Source of the DNA: a virus
Taxonomy: Duplodnaviria; Caudoviricetes
DNA length: 64,000 nucleotides
Strand: one strand, 5' to 3'
IMG/VR virus record: IMGVR_UViG_3300013947_000035
Coordinates: 1-64,000 of that record
Every line of letters starts with the position of its first letter. Position 1 is the first letter of the stretch. Below are positions 38,342 to 49,248 of this stretch, piece after piece. The notes below the pieces were generated by a model. The model saw nothing but the letters and a program-made list of their open reading frames with translations. It was not told the DNA's origin and did no database searches. The translations under genes were made by a program, and so were the position numbers.

Positions 38342-41300
38342 ATGAATCTCACAGTTAGAATTCACGATAAAGAATATAAAGAAGAAGTTGCACAAGGTAT
38401 AACTTTTTCAGAAGAATACAATGAAACGCTTGATAGCGGTACGGTTAGACTTACGCACGTTATAGGACAAATTAAGGACCTAAAACCTTATGATGATGTT
38501 TACATTTATGATAGTGCTTATGATTTTGACGATAATATATCGCAATGGCGAATAGGCGGCAATTTGAAAGATGAACCGTTTTATCGGCATTTACTTGTAG
38601 ACCAGTTTTCGGAAGAAATTATCAACCTTTCCGAAGGCATTTTCGCATACACAATCGAGCTTTTCAGCGAAACGAAAGGTCTCGAAACTGTACAATGCCC
38701 GAACATTTCGGTTACGCAACCGTTGAATGTCAAGAAAAAAGTCGATATTTATACATATTTGGTACGTTTTACTAATCTGTATTCGCCAAAATATAAAACA
38801 CTGGACCGTAATAATGCTGGCTGTTGGGTATATGCTCAAAAATATACGATATCGCCCGAACTCGAAGAAGTTTTTAGCGGATTCTATTCGCAAGATTTTA
38901 CATTATCGAATCCTAATTTGCGTGATATTTTGTCAACTTTGATGATAACAAAGGATATGATTCCATATGTCAAAGACAATGTGATTTACGCAAAAGATAT
39001 ATCTAAACGTACAGACACATATGATATTGTCGAAGAACAAAATGCGGGCAGAGTTAACCGTATTGTTGGACAAATGTCAAGTGCTGATTATTGTGATGGT
39101 GTGCGTAGACAGTATTCGGACGCATTGTCATCCGATGGCATTTGCAATTTTGTCGAATATTTGGGTTTCAGAAACAATGATAATGCTTTAATGACTTTGG
39201 ACAACATGTGCGTAAATACTACAGGCAAAATTTATACTGTAGATGAGTTTTTAGCTTGCTATTATAAAAAAGGTCAAATTTATTATGCTGGGACTGGTGA
39301 ATGGACAGACGTTTATTTTTTGTGCGAACAAGATATTACGCCCTTGATAAAACTTGATACAGAATGGAATATGCTCAATCAAGATTGGAGAGAGCTGGAA
39401 GAGTCTGCTCCGCCTATCACAATAGAAGAGCTTTCAAGATATAAAATAGGGACTGTTTATTATTCTATAGGAAGTAATAAAATACTGGGATGGGGTACAC
39501 GATACAATAAATATAAAGCTAATGATTTAAGTGTCGTTGATATAACCAAAACATATATAGAAAACATTATTAGTTTTGTGGATAAATATAATCCGTTGGG
39601 TACATCTACTCCAAATGGAATCATAGAAAACTATATTAAGACAAATAATTTAGATTGGGATTCAGAGCTGTGTAAATTCGCAGCTTCCAATGACATGTCA
39701 ATATATGGTTTTAATAACTTAACATCGGTATCCAAATTAAAAACAATAGCTTTTAAGATAAAATATAAAGGTTTTTATGATGGGGCAATAGTGCATTCTC
39801 GTGATAAAGGGAAAGATATTTTTTATCAAAATGATAATGTGTCGTCCTCTTTAACACTACTTGAAAAAGATGGCATAAATCAAAAAGAAAAACTTAATCG
39901 TTTTGCGAATAAAACGCATATTATAAACGGGCGTCTCGATGGCGTCAATTATAGCGTTAAGAATCTGCTTCAACTTGGTTATACAGGGTCGATTGGAGAC
40001 GACGATGATGTTATTATTTATCGCCGAGAGTATTCTTTTTATAACAATTACATTTCGGTTTCATATGCGGGGGTACAAGATTATGTGTTGAAAAATTTCT
40101 ATACAAGCGTATACGCGAAATATAGAATTAATCAACTTATGTCTTATAATGAAAGCGTAAGCAGAGCAGAAAACAAAAAAATTATTTTGCTTTTATCTAA
40201 AAATAAAAAATACAAAGATGAACAAACTTTTTTTAAGATAATTGATGATAATGAGCAACGAGTTGAATCGAAAGAATTTTTTAGTGCTTTCGTAGGACAA
40301 AATGAGAGTTCTAATATCAATACTGTATTGATAAAGTCTGGCATGGGCAAACAATATTTTGTAGATGGCAAAACATTTACAAGCGGAAATAATCTTTGTT
40401 TCAATATGTTTATGCCAGACAATATATCTGGTGGCAATAGCATAACAAAATACATGTCTAACTATCAGCTTTTGTCTGAAAAACCAAGCGAGGATGGAGA
40501 ATATTATGTCGGTTCTTTACAAGAATGGTATGATATAGTGGACGACAACGAAACAGGTTCCATAGCGGAGCTTTCTTTTGAGTTAAGCAATCGGAAAGTT
40601 TCTCCAATAAAAGTAATTAGTGCCGATAACACTTCAAAAATTGATATATTCTATCAATATTCAATGAGTTTGCCGAAAAATGAAGTTGTTGTTTCTAATG
40701 AAACGAGAAATGTTATAAAAATTTCTTCTGAGAAATATTATAAAGACAATAAAGAACGCATCAATTTAACATTGCAAATAGAACCAATATCCATAGAAAA
40801 AAATGATATTATCATGGGGAATTACTTTGTTAAGTTAAGTAATCTTATATTCCCATATGATAATGGTAAAAATGAGCAAGATATTGAAATACCTACCAAA
40901 GATGTAGACGAAGGATATTCAATGAATGTTTATTTCTATTTTTTGGGATTAGGCGAAAGAGGAACTCAAATTTCAATAGCTGCGAGTCCTGACACTGCTG
41001 GAGACGAGGATGCAGATGATGAATTTTATCAAAGTTTATTGGGATTGATTTGGTCGAATACGATAAGTGGCGACCCTCAATATGTATACAGGATTCCATT
41101 CGAAGCAAATATAACGTTCACTGGAAATAATAATAGTAGGTTTACTTTTAATGCAACACATATTGGCTATATTGATGCCGATGGTAAGGGCGTTGAGCCA
41201 TCTCCTGGTCCTGGTTATCCTATATACCTTTGGGGAAATGGTATGGACGGTGGAACTCCTATCGGAGGGTCACCTGCTATCCGTTTTACAACTATTTCTT

Positions 41301-42706
41301 CTCCATCGACTGATGGCGGTCATGCTTATTATCGTTATACTGCAAGCAATGTTCCGAATGAGGCAGATGCAGACATTCCCTATCAAGAAGAAATTGTTTC
41401 TAAACAAACTACTTCGACATATCAGACTATAACTAAAAATATGTTTTTAGAATATAATACCGATTATATAAACACGAATAAAGAATCGGAAATTTTGCCA
41501 TTAAACACGCATAAAATTTTCAGTGATAAAAAGGTGTCCGATGTATTTTTTATTATAGGCGGCGGAGATGAATCTATACTTAGAATTGATGTCACAGACA
41601 TTACGAGTATTAATAATGGTGGCAATGTTGAAATTTTGGACGGTATAAAATCAATCAATTATTGGTATTTTGATTTTAATGCTGCATATAAAAAGGATTA
41701 TTCTGAAAGAAACGACATAGTATATACCTACATGCCTGAAAAATCAGGATATCATTTTGTGTTCGGAATTAATATCTACACAAAAGATATAAAGAAAGAA
41801 GGTGACAAACGTTATATAGATATTTATATCACAAAAATGACAAACAGAGATGAACGCATATTTGATAATATGGGAAGGCAGATTGGAATTATACATAATT
41901 GTATAGATTCAAATGGCAAATATTCTGTTCCAACAAAACAAAAATATGACGAGATATTGGAAATCCCTATCGATTATGATAGAGCTAATTTTATTACTTT
42001 TGGCGGAGACAAAAATGTATTTATAGAAGCAAAAAGAATCGATTCCCCAAATAAGCATGCGCCAACAGGGATATTGGAAGACGGAACAAAAATATATTAT
42101 GGGGACACAATAGAGCTAAATATTACACCCCAAAATCCACAATATTTATTAGGGTATGTCGAAATTAATAATGTAATAGAGGCACAAGATGCTTTGAGAT
42201 ACACAACCACAATTAATATTGTAGGCTCTGTAGATATAAAAGTATATTCTGATAAAATGACATTAATTGGATGGAAGACAGTGTTTATTGGTTCGCAGAC
42301 AAAAACGGTAAACATGGAACTTATAAACGACCCGTTAACGCAGGAAATGCCGACAGTAGGCACAACTTCAGCTGATATTCTACTTTCAGATTTTGGCATC
42401 GATAAAAACGTTATAACAAATCCCATAAGAATAACAGGTATTATTTCTATCGGTGTCGGTGGGGCTGAAATTAACAAGACAGAAGATATTGCATTGTCGG
42501 AATCTGAATTGACTAATGAATATGTTCTAAAAACAAATAAAGTAACAACAACAGTAGGAATCAATAATTATAGCGTAGGAGCGTCCATAAGCATGAAAGC
42601 GGTCGATGGGAAATTAAGTATACGACTTAATATGAACAAAGCAAGAAATCTTACAATCGCAAACAGCTCTGCGGAAATCATGATAACCAAAGTTGAGCAA
42701 ATCTAA
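38342..42706 (+). CDS. large tail/baseplate hub protein
   Basis: 1454 aa, beta-rich, N-terminal EYNETLDSG hub-like motif. Confidence 0.7.
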   Translation: MNLTVRIHDKEYKEEVAQGITFSEEYNETLDSGTVRLTHVIGQIKDLKPYDDVYIYDSAYDFDDNISQWRIGGNLKDEPFYRHLLVDQFSEEIINLSEGIFAYTIELFSETKGLETVQCPNISVTQPLNVKKKVDIYTYLVRFTNLYSPKYKTLDRNNAGCWVYAQKYTISPELEEVFSGFYSQDFTLSNPNLRDILSTLMITKDMIPYVKDNVIYAKDISKRTDTYDIVEEQNAGRVNRIVGQMSSADYCDGVRRQYSDALSSDGICNFVEYLGFRNNDNALMTLDNMCVNTTGKIYTVDEFLACYYKKGQIYYAGTGEWTDVYFLCEQDITPLIKLDTEWNMLNQDWRELEESAPPITIEELSRYKIGTVYYSIGSNKILGWGTRYNKYKANDLSVVDITKTYIENIISFVDKYNPLGTSTPNGIIENYIKTNNLDWDSELCKFAASNDMSIYGFNNLTSVSKLKTIAFKIKYKGFYDGAIVHSRDKGKDIFYQNDNVSSSLTLLEKDGINQKEKLNRFANKTHIINGRLDGVNYSVKNLLQLGYTGSIGDDDDVIIYRREYSFYNNYISVSYAGVQDYVLKNFYTSVYAKYRINQLMSYNESVSRAENKKIILLLSKNKKYKDEQTFFKIIDDNEQRVESKEFFSAFVGQNESSNINTVLIKSGMGKQYFVDGKTFTSGNNLCFNMFMPDNISGGNSITKYMSNYQLLSEKPSEDGEYYVGSLQEWYDIVDDNETGSIAELSFELSNRKVSPIKVISADNTSKIDIFYQYSMSLPKNEVVVSNETRNVIKISSEKYYKDNKERINLTLQIEPISIEKNDIIMGNYFVKLSNLIFPYDNGKNEQDIEIPTKDVDEGYSMNVYFYFLGLGERGTQISIAASPDTAGDEDADDEFYQSLLGLIWSNTISGDPQYVYRIPFEANITFTGNNNSRFTFNATHIGYIDADGKGVEPSPGPGYPIYLWGNGMDGGTPIGGSPAIRFTTISSPSTDGGHAYYRYTASNVPNEADADIPYQEEIVSKQTTSTYQTITKNMFLEYNTDYINTNKESEILPLNTHKIFSDKKVSDVFFIIGGGDESILRIDVTDITSINNGGNVEILDGIKSINYWYFDFNAAYKKDYSERNDIVYTYMPEKSGYHFVFGINIYTKDIKKEGDKRYIDIYITKMTNRDERIFDNMGRQIGIIHNCIDSNGKYSVPTKQKYDEILEIPIDYDRANFITFGGDKNVFIEAKRIDSPNKHAPTGILEDGTKIYYGDTIELNITPQNPQYLLGYVEINNVIEAQDALRYTTTINIVGSVDIKVYSDKMTLIGWKTVFIGSQTKTVNMELINDPLTQEMPTVGTTSADILLSDFGIDKNVITNPIRITGIISIGVGGAEINKTEDIALSESELTNEYVLKTNKVTTTVGINNYSVGASISMKAVDGKLSIRLNMNKARNLTIANSSAEIMITKVEQI

Positions 42707-42761
42707 ACTAACACTTGCAATCCGCGCCCCATTGTGTTAGACTTAAAGCGAGGTATAGATA

Positions 42762-43199
42762 ATGGGACAAGTTCTAACAAAATACATAACACCAGACGAG
42801 TTCAGGGACTATTTCGGAATCGATTTAGCCCTTGAACTTCCTGACGATACGAATCCGAGTAACAAAGCGATGGCGTTTTTGAAGCGAATCGAAGATAGGG
42901 TCGAAGCGATAGTAGATACAGAATGCTTCAGACAAGTCAATCGCGAGTACCCGAATTTTTCCGATTACCAAAAAATACACTATAAGAGAGCATTGTTGGA
43001 ACAGGCTATTTATGTATTTCAAAACGGTGACATTTCGGTTGATAGCGGCTACGACCCCGAAAAAGGAATCGTTATCGACAGAACGAAAGTTCAAGAATTG
43101 TCTCTTGCACCGAACGCAAAGCGCGAACTTCAACTTTGCGGGCTTTGGTGCAAAAAAATCAGAATGAGCGATTGGGCTAATTCAGGGCTTTGGTGGTAA
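42762..43199 (+). CDS. head-tail connector (SPP1 gp15-like)
   Basis: YITPDEF...KRA..EQA.Y...LAPNAKREL..CGL. Confidence 0.7.
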   Translation: MGQVLTKYITPDEFRDYFGIDLALELPDDTNPSNKAMAFLKRIEDRVEAIVDTECFRQVNREYPNFSDYQKIHYKRALLEQAIYVFQNGDISVDSGYDPEKGIVIDRTKVQELSLAPNAKRELQLCGLWCKKIRMSDWANSGLWW

Positions 43200-43202
43200 A
43201 AT

Positions 43203-43577
43203 ATGGCGTCGGGAATCAATATTTATCATTCGAGACGAATCAATTATAATCGTTGCATATATTGGGAAAGAGACGAAGATGGCGTCGGAAACGAAGAAAA
43301 CCTCATCTACCAAAAGAAACCCGCAGGAATTTTTTATGCAACCGAAAGCAATGCAGAAACGAATAGCGCAAATATGCTCGCAGGCGTTTTTATGACTGAG
43401 CAATATGACATTCTTCTCGAAAGTACGGATTGGCTTGACGGGTTGCACAAAGATTGCCTCGTAAAATACAACGACCAACTCTGGCGCGTAAACGAAGTGC
43501 AAAAGAGACCGTATAAAAAAGAGAGCGCATTCAGGAATAAAAAGACCTATAAATGGTTCATAGGTTTGATAAGGTAA
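43203..43577 (+). CDS. head-closure/stopper protein
   Basis: beta-rich 124 aa, DCLVKYND..WRV..V; follows connector. Confidence 0.6.
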   Translation: MASGINIYHSRRINYNRCIYWERDEDGVGNEENLIYQKKPAGIFYATESNAETNSANMLAGVFMTEQYDILLESTDWLDGLHKDCLVKYNDQLWRVNEVQKRPYKKESAFRNKKTYKWFIGLIR

Positions 43578-43581
43578 TAAA

Positions 43582-44787
43582 ATGTATCTGTATTTCGATA
43601 ACAAAGGGGTCTTACTCGAAATCATAAATGATGAAGCGTTAAGACAATATAATCACCAAGTAAATACGATGTATGTATACATCGAAAATACGCCTACGAC
43701 AGAATTTCCAAAGGGGTTAAACAAACTACAATATTGGTTTGAGCGTCCTAACGGCGATGTTACGGCTGTATACGATGCGTTGTCACATCCTGGTGATGTT
43801 GTTGTTACCGAGACGATTCCGTTCGATATTAAGCGTGACGTAAGAAAATTTCAATATGGCGTCAAATATAAGATGTTCAAGATTGAAATTCCGAGTGGGC
43901 GCATTATCGGTCAAGACAAAAGCGGCAACTCCGTTTATGAATACAATATCTTTAAAGATGACGGACTCGTACAGCTTACGATAAAAGCTATTTTCATTGA
44001 CGGCGCGAAGGAATTGACGCTTGGAAAAGTTGTATTCACAATCGAAAAAGAAGTCGTAATTCCTTCGGACTCGATTTCGGTTTCGCAGTTTGAATATATC
44101 TTGCGAGCAATAGACGCGTTGACATTCACAGTCGGTAAAGTGACTACGGAAACGCTCGACCCGACTGCGGAAGCGGCAGTAAAAGTAACGCAAGACAAAT
44201 CGAGTACGGAATTGAAGAATTATCCTGTCGATTTCGAGTTCGGGATTCCGAGAGGTGCGACTTTTACACCGTCCGTAGACGAAAACGGTAATTTATCGTG
44301 GACCAATGACGGCGAATTGGAGAATCCCGAAACAGTCAATATCAAAGGTGAAACGGGTGCGACGCCGAATATAGAAGCGAACGCGACCGTAAACGATACT
44401 GTCGGCACACCCGAAGTCGAGGTTGTAAAAACGGGAACAGCTGAAAATCCTACGCTCACGTTCAATTTTAGGAACTTACGTGGTAAAGATGCCGTAATAC
44501 CTTCGGACTTGACGGACCACCTTACGGATTATAATAACCCGCATAAGACTACGGCAAAGCAAGTAGGTGCAGTACCCGTTGATTTCAGGTCGTTTTCGGT
44601 TGCTCCGACGGCTACAAAGAGTTTTAGACAATCTGCCGAGGTATTTGTCGGTAACAATGGCAACGGTTTTAGAATGACGTTACAAGACGTTAAAAATATG
44701 GGGACAAAAATAGTTAGTATAAAAAACAAAAATGATGTAGATTCCAGTCAACTTGATATTGGCGACTACATATTTAGCGAGGATTAA
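43582..44787 (+). CDS. baseplate-upper/tail-fibre protein (paralog of 57928)
   Basis: [22 protein letters not shown] start, collagen-like GATP repeats. Confidence 0.7.
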   Translation: MYLYFDNKGVLLEIINDEALRQYNHQVNTMYVYIENTPTTEFPKGLNKLQYWFERPNGDVTAVYDALSHPGDVVVTETIPFDIKRDVRKFQYGVKYKMFKIEIPSGRIIGQDKSGNSVYEYNIFKDDGLVQLTIKAIFIDGAKELTLGKVVFTIEKEVVIPSDSISVSQFEYILRAIDALTFTVGKVTTETLDPTAEAAVKVTQDKSSTELKNYPVDFEFGIPRGATFTPSVDENGNLSWTNDGELENPETVNIKGETGATPNIEANATVNDTVGTPEVEVVKTGTAENPTLTFNFRNLRGKDAVIPSDLTDHLTDYNNPHKTTAKQVGAVPVDFRSFSVAPTATKSFRQSAEVFVGNNGNGFRMTLQDVKNMGTKIVSIKNKNDVDSSQLDIGDYIFSED

Positions 44788-44790
44788 TAT

Positions 44791-46149
44791 ATGGCAACAG
44801 AAAAAAGACGTATATGGCGTGTTACAGATGTAGACGGGAACGTAGTACAAGTTCTTCCTGAAACTTCAGCCGAGCAAGTTACTATTGCTGACGCAGGGGA
44901 TAAGTTTACTTCTGGCAATGTAGAAGGCGCGTTGCAAGAGTTGGCGCAAGGCATTGCTGGTGCAGGTAAAGTTGATGACGTCGTAAATGCGGACGGGTCT
45001 TCTATCGTAGACGAAAATAAAAAGGCACAACTTAAAGACGCTGTTGTAAAAGAGGCAGGAAAAGTTACACAAAAGTTGCGTATGGTAGGCACGCTCGAAG
45101 GTGGCGGTCTAACATCTGTTCCTTATGACGGGTCCAAAGACACTTCGGTCACAATGAGCGGTGACGATTTCACAATGGGCGGTGATTCTGCAAACGGGTC
45201 GCAATCCGTATCGTATTCGCTTAAAAAGACAGGTGTAACCGCGGGCACATATCAAGGCATCACCGTTGATGAAAAAGGACGCGTTACTGCCGCAGAAGAT
45301 AAAGCGTATGCGACTAAACAAGAGTTGCAAGAAGCGGTCGCTGGCAAGACGGAAACTATGGTATATGACAATTATCAAGCTTTTGTTACGGCTACGGACG
45401 CATTGGCAAAAGCGGCTATGGGTGTTAACTGGAACGTTCTTATCCGCGCGTTGGGTGTTCCTGATATGTGGGTAACCCGTGTTAATGATGTAAGCACTCA
45501 ATATGTATATACAAACGACCAAGCAATAGTTGACGCACTCAATTCGCAATATGGCTTGACTGTCGGTTATTTCACTTTTTCACAGTTGGAAACGACAAAA
45601 GTTGATTTGTCGGAATATCAGAAGAAAACCGATGACGGTCTTCTTACCGATGATAAAACCGTTGTTGGCGGTATAAACGAAGTCAGAAGTAAAGCAAGCG
45701 ACGCGTTGTCAAAATCGATTGCTAACGAAACTGCAATTTCAAATATTGAGGACGGTACAACGGTTGTTCCTAAAGCTACAAATGCCGCTGAAGCTTCAAA
45801 AGTCGCAAATAAAATTTTGATAACGACTCCAGATGAATCAGATAAAAATGCAATAACGCATAATGCCTATGACGGTTCCGAGAAAAAAGTATTAGCATTT
45901 GATAAAGACGATTTCTATGGCGCGCCCGTATCCGACAATACTTATGACGATTCAGAATATACTGGCGTGAATATGGCATTGCGCCCGACGGGTGTTGCAG
46001 CAGGTCAATATAGCGCAGTGAACGTAGACTCAAAAGGTCGTGTTACAGCAGGAGGCAAGTCGATTGAGTGGGGGACAAGCGGGCAGACAGAACCGAGTGA
46101 TGATTTAATGGTTGGCGGTTTCTTTATGGAATTTATATCACAATCGTGA
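44791..46149 (+). CDS. tail fibre protein
   Basis: two TGVxAG.Y...VD.KGRVTA repeats. Confidence 0.75.
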   Translation: MATEKRRIWRVTDVDGNVVQVLPETSAEQVTIADAGDKFTSGNVEGALQELAQGIAGAGKVDDVVNADGSSIVDENKKAQLKDAVVKEAGKVTQKLRMVGTLEGGGLTSVPYDGSKDTSVTMSGDDFTMGGDSANGSQSVSYSLKKTGVTAGTYQGITVDEKGRVTAAEDKAYATKQELQEAVAGKTETMVYDNYQAFVTATDALAKAAMGVNWNVLIRALGVPDMWVTRVNDVSTQYVYTNDQAIVDALNSQYGLTVGYFTFSQLETTKVDLSEYQKKTDDGLLTDDKTVVGGINEVRSKASDALSKSIANETAISNIEDGTTVVPKATNAAEASKVANKILITTPDESDKNAITHNAYDGSEKKVLAFDKDDFYGAPVSDNTYDDSEYTGVNMALRPTGVAAGQYSAVNVDSKGRVTAGGKSIEWGTSGQTEPSDDLMVGGFFMEFISQS

Positions 46150-46161
46150 GAGGAAAGTATA

Positions 46162-48549
46162 ATGTTACTATATAGACCAAAACAAAAGATAAGTACAACT
46201 GAGAGCGAGGAAGTAAAATTCCCCGCTTCTTCTATTGACGGCTTAGCTTCCGTTGCGACTTCGGGCTCATATAATGATTTAACGGATAAGCCAACAGTAC
46301 CAGGTGTGCCAGATGTCGTTCAAACAACAGGCACATCAACAACATCAGTAATGAGCCAAAAGGCAACGACTGACGCTGTTAATAGCAGATTAAGCAAAAC
46401 AGATAATACAGATATAGAAGTTCTTGGCACTAAAAAAGCAACTACCACTTTAGGCGGGAACCAATTATATTCTCCTAACGGAATGATTTTTGGCGGTACA
46501 GCTGCAGCTGCAGGATTAGTAACCAGAGGTATTTGTGGTGTGTCTACGCCATCAGCTGGTGGTGCTTGTTCAAAGGATAACGTGTATGTAAACTATGACG
46601 GTAATAATGATTTTAACGCGAATCGCCAAATAGTCCTTAACGCAGGTACACCAGGTAGCCATTTAGGTTCAAACATGTACCAGTATGCAGTCCCTCGTGG
46701 TGATGTTGTCAAGAATTGGGTTGAAGCTAAAGATTACGTAACAAGCGTTAAAGTCAATGGCAATACGGTTGCGTCGTCAGGTGGTGTTGTCGATATCGGC
46801 ACGGTTGTTACAGATGTTTCGGGTAAACAAGACAAAATCACGTCAAGCAATAAGTTGGCTGCGTCGTTAGTCAGCGGTTTGTCGACGGTAGCGACATCGG
46901 GTTCGTACAATGATTTGAGCAATAAACCGACGGACTATGTAACAACGGCTGATAAGGCACAAACAGTAAACGGTGTTAAAACGTTTGTGCAAGATATAGT
47001 TCGCAAATCAAGCAATATTGACATAAGTAAAGACCCGACTAAAGCACAGTATGCTTATATAGACTTCTGGGATAAAAACGATAAACGCATAGCGGTGATT
47101 GGTTCTCATCACGCGGAAGGTAAATATAGTGGTGCTTATTTGCAAGCAAAAAATGTATCCTCAATGGGTATTATGGCAGATGACAAAGACAACGTGAAAA
47201 CATTTGCCCCAACACCGCCAGATACCGATAGTTCAACTCAACTTGCAACAACAGAGTGGGTGAGACGTTTTGCGAATCCTGCCTATTTAAGAGGAGCGGA
47301 TAGCAATACTACTTATAAGGGGTATTACAAAATAGCAGAAGCAACTCTAAATGAGTGGTACAGAACTTCGGTCGCAAGAATATTTGTACAAGACGTCGAT
47401 TCCACCGAAAATGGCGTTCTTAATGTTAGCGTCTATGCGGGCGGCGATGGTAAGACACCTCCCACATCGGTCACTACCGTGAATATGGGCTTTTTAGAGG
47501 GTATTAATCCGAATGCTTATTTTGGGGATTTCTTTGTTGTTGTTAGAAAAAAGAGTTTGACAGTAAGAGGCTCAATGAAAATTGAATTATGGTATCGTCA
47601 ACCAAACGAATGGGGTCGGATATCTTTTTCGTTCCTTACCGATATTCCAGATTCAAGAAACGTTTCCGTTACAAACAAATGGACAAAATTCTCCCGAACA
47701 TCAGCACAAGAACGCGCCTATATTAGCAAAAATGTGGTTGATTTGGATAATGGCTTCATTCCATATGACAGTTTCAATGAATCTGCTTTCACGACGGAAG
47801 ACTATCCTGTTGCCGAAATTTACGATAATTCGACTAACCAAGCACAATTCTCTGCTGGTGCTCTAAGAATAGCAAACAGTGAATATGCGAGAAGCGACAA
47901 GCCTACAACAGCGTCCAAACGAAATATTATATTCACAGATAAAAATAATGCGTCGATTGCTACTATTCAATCCTCTGTTGGTAGCACTTGGAATGGCTTA
48001 AATTTTCTCTTGACAAACAAAAGCGGTGGCGGCAATAGTATCGAGTTTGTACACGATACAAACAGAAGCGTTTGGCGTTTTAACCCAGCGTCGTCAAGTT
48101 TACCTATCGAGTTAGGAGAACCAAATAGACCGTGGAACAACGCCTACATAAAGAACATCGTTGCAGATAGTGTGACGGCTGACAACCTACTAACATCCGA
48201 TGACCTACCGTTTACTTCCGACGGCTTGTCAACAGGCACGCTCGGTAGCACTGGACTTTCACTCGGCAGAGATTATTATATCGAGAAAACAGTCGGTTCA
48301 AGCCTTATTTCGTGTGTAATTAGGACGTATACACAACAAGGGTCAAGTATATCCACCTCAATTCCCAGTATATATAATACGGTTGTTCCTGTTATTATAA
48401 GCAACACATTGTATTTTGTTGTAGTTAAAGGTCTTGGAGACGTAGGTGGTAACACCGTTCCAGTTACATTTTCGCTTAAAAACACAAGCGGTGGAACTGT
48501 AACTAACACAACTGTAACGTCTGGCACATTCAAGTATAAGCGCATTTAA
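46162..48549 (+). CDS. tail fibre / receptor-binding protein
   Basis: two VATSGSYNDL..KP repeats; STQLATTEWV. Confidence 0.8.
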   Translation: MLLYRPKQKISTTESEEVKFPASSIDGLASVATSGSYNDLTDKPTVPGVPDVVQTTGTSTTSVMSQKATTDAVNSRLSKTDNTDIEVLGTKKATTTLGGNQLYSPNGMIFGGTAAAAGLVTRGICGVSTPSAGGACSKDNVYVNYDGNNDFNANRQIVLNAGTPGSHLGSNMYQYAVPRGDVVKNWVEAKDYVTSVKVNGNTVASSGGVVDIGTVVTDVSGKQDKITSSNKLAASLVSGLSTVATSGSYNDLSNKPTDYVTTADKAQTVNGVKTFVQDIVRKSSNIDISKDPTKAQYAYIDFWDKNDKRIAVIGSHHAEGKYSGAYLQAKNVSSMGIMADDKDNVKTFAPTPPDTDSSTQLATTEWVRRFANPAYLRGADSNTTYKGYYKIAEATLNEWYRTSVARIFVQDVDSTENGVLNVSVYAGGDGKTPPTSVTTVNMGFLEGINPNAYFGDFFVVVRKKSLTVRGSMKIELWYRQPNEWGRISFSFLTDIPDSRNVSVTNKWTKFSRTSAQERAYISKNVVDLDNGFIPYDSFNESAFTTEDYPVAEIYDNSTNQAQFSAGALRIANSEYARSDKPTTASKRNIIFTDKNNASIATIQSSVGSTWNGLNFLLTNKSGGGNSIEFVHDTNRSVWRFNPASSSLPIELGEPNRPWNNAYIKNIVADSVTADNLLTSDDLPFTSDGLSTGTLGSTGLSLGRDYYIEKTVGSSLISCVIRTYTQQGSSISTSIPSIYNTVVPVIISNTLYFVVVKGLGDVGGNTVPVTFSLKNTSGGTVTNTTVTSGTFKYKRI

Positions 48550-48561
48550 GGAGGGTATACT

Positions 48562-49071
48562 ATGTATTTTAACTATATAACCAACTCGTTTTCACCAAGT
48601 CCGAAAGAAAAGACGAGAGAAGAAACAGTCATTGAAACCGTGAAAGAACTCGTAACCGAAAACGAAATAGACGAGGACGGCAACGAACACGAAGTTCAAA
48701 AAGAAGTTGAGAAAGAGGTTGAAAAAACTGTAACGGTAGAAATTCCCATACCCGAAGATTGTGTTGAAGTTGATGATGAATTGTGCGAAACAATGTTTAA
48801 CGAGGTAGACACAAGCACGACACCGAAAGCGATTTTCGCCAACGAATACACGCATTATCCCGAAGTTCGAGAACTTGAAATCGTGGTTGACCCGATTGCA
48901 GAAAAACAAGCACGCATTGCCGAACTCAAAAGCAAACTTGACGAAACCGATTATCAAGCAATAAAGTGGGCGGAGGGCTTCATAAGCGAAACCGACTATG
49001 CGCCGATTAAGGCACAACGACAAGCGTATCGTGACGAAATCAACCAACTCGAACTTGAAATCGGCGAATAA
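48562..49071 (+). CDS. tail-fibre assembly-like protein
   Basis: RIAELKSKLDETDYQAIK...RQAYRDEINQLE. Confidence 0.7.
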   Translation: MYFNYITNSFSPSPKEKTREETVIETVKELVTENEIDEDGNEHEVQKEVEKEVEKTVTVEIPIPEDCVEVDDELCETMFNEVDTSTTPKAIFANEYTHYPEVRELEIVVDPIAEKQARIAELKSKLDETDYQAIKWAEGFISETDYAPIKAQRQAYRDEINQLELEIGE

Positions 49072-49248
49072 AACTTTTTCAAAGAAATTTGGCATAAAGT
49101 ATTGACTTTCTCGGGCAAAGGGTATAATATCGTATCATAACCTCGTATTATTGAGTAGTGCCGATAATTCGAGAAATACTAATAATGCGAGGGCAATCCT
49201 CTAATCAAGACCACGCACTACAATAGGTCAAGATTGGAGGATTTTTTT

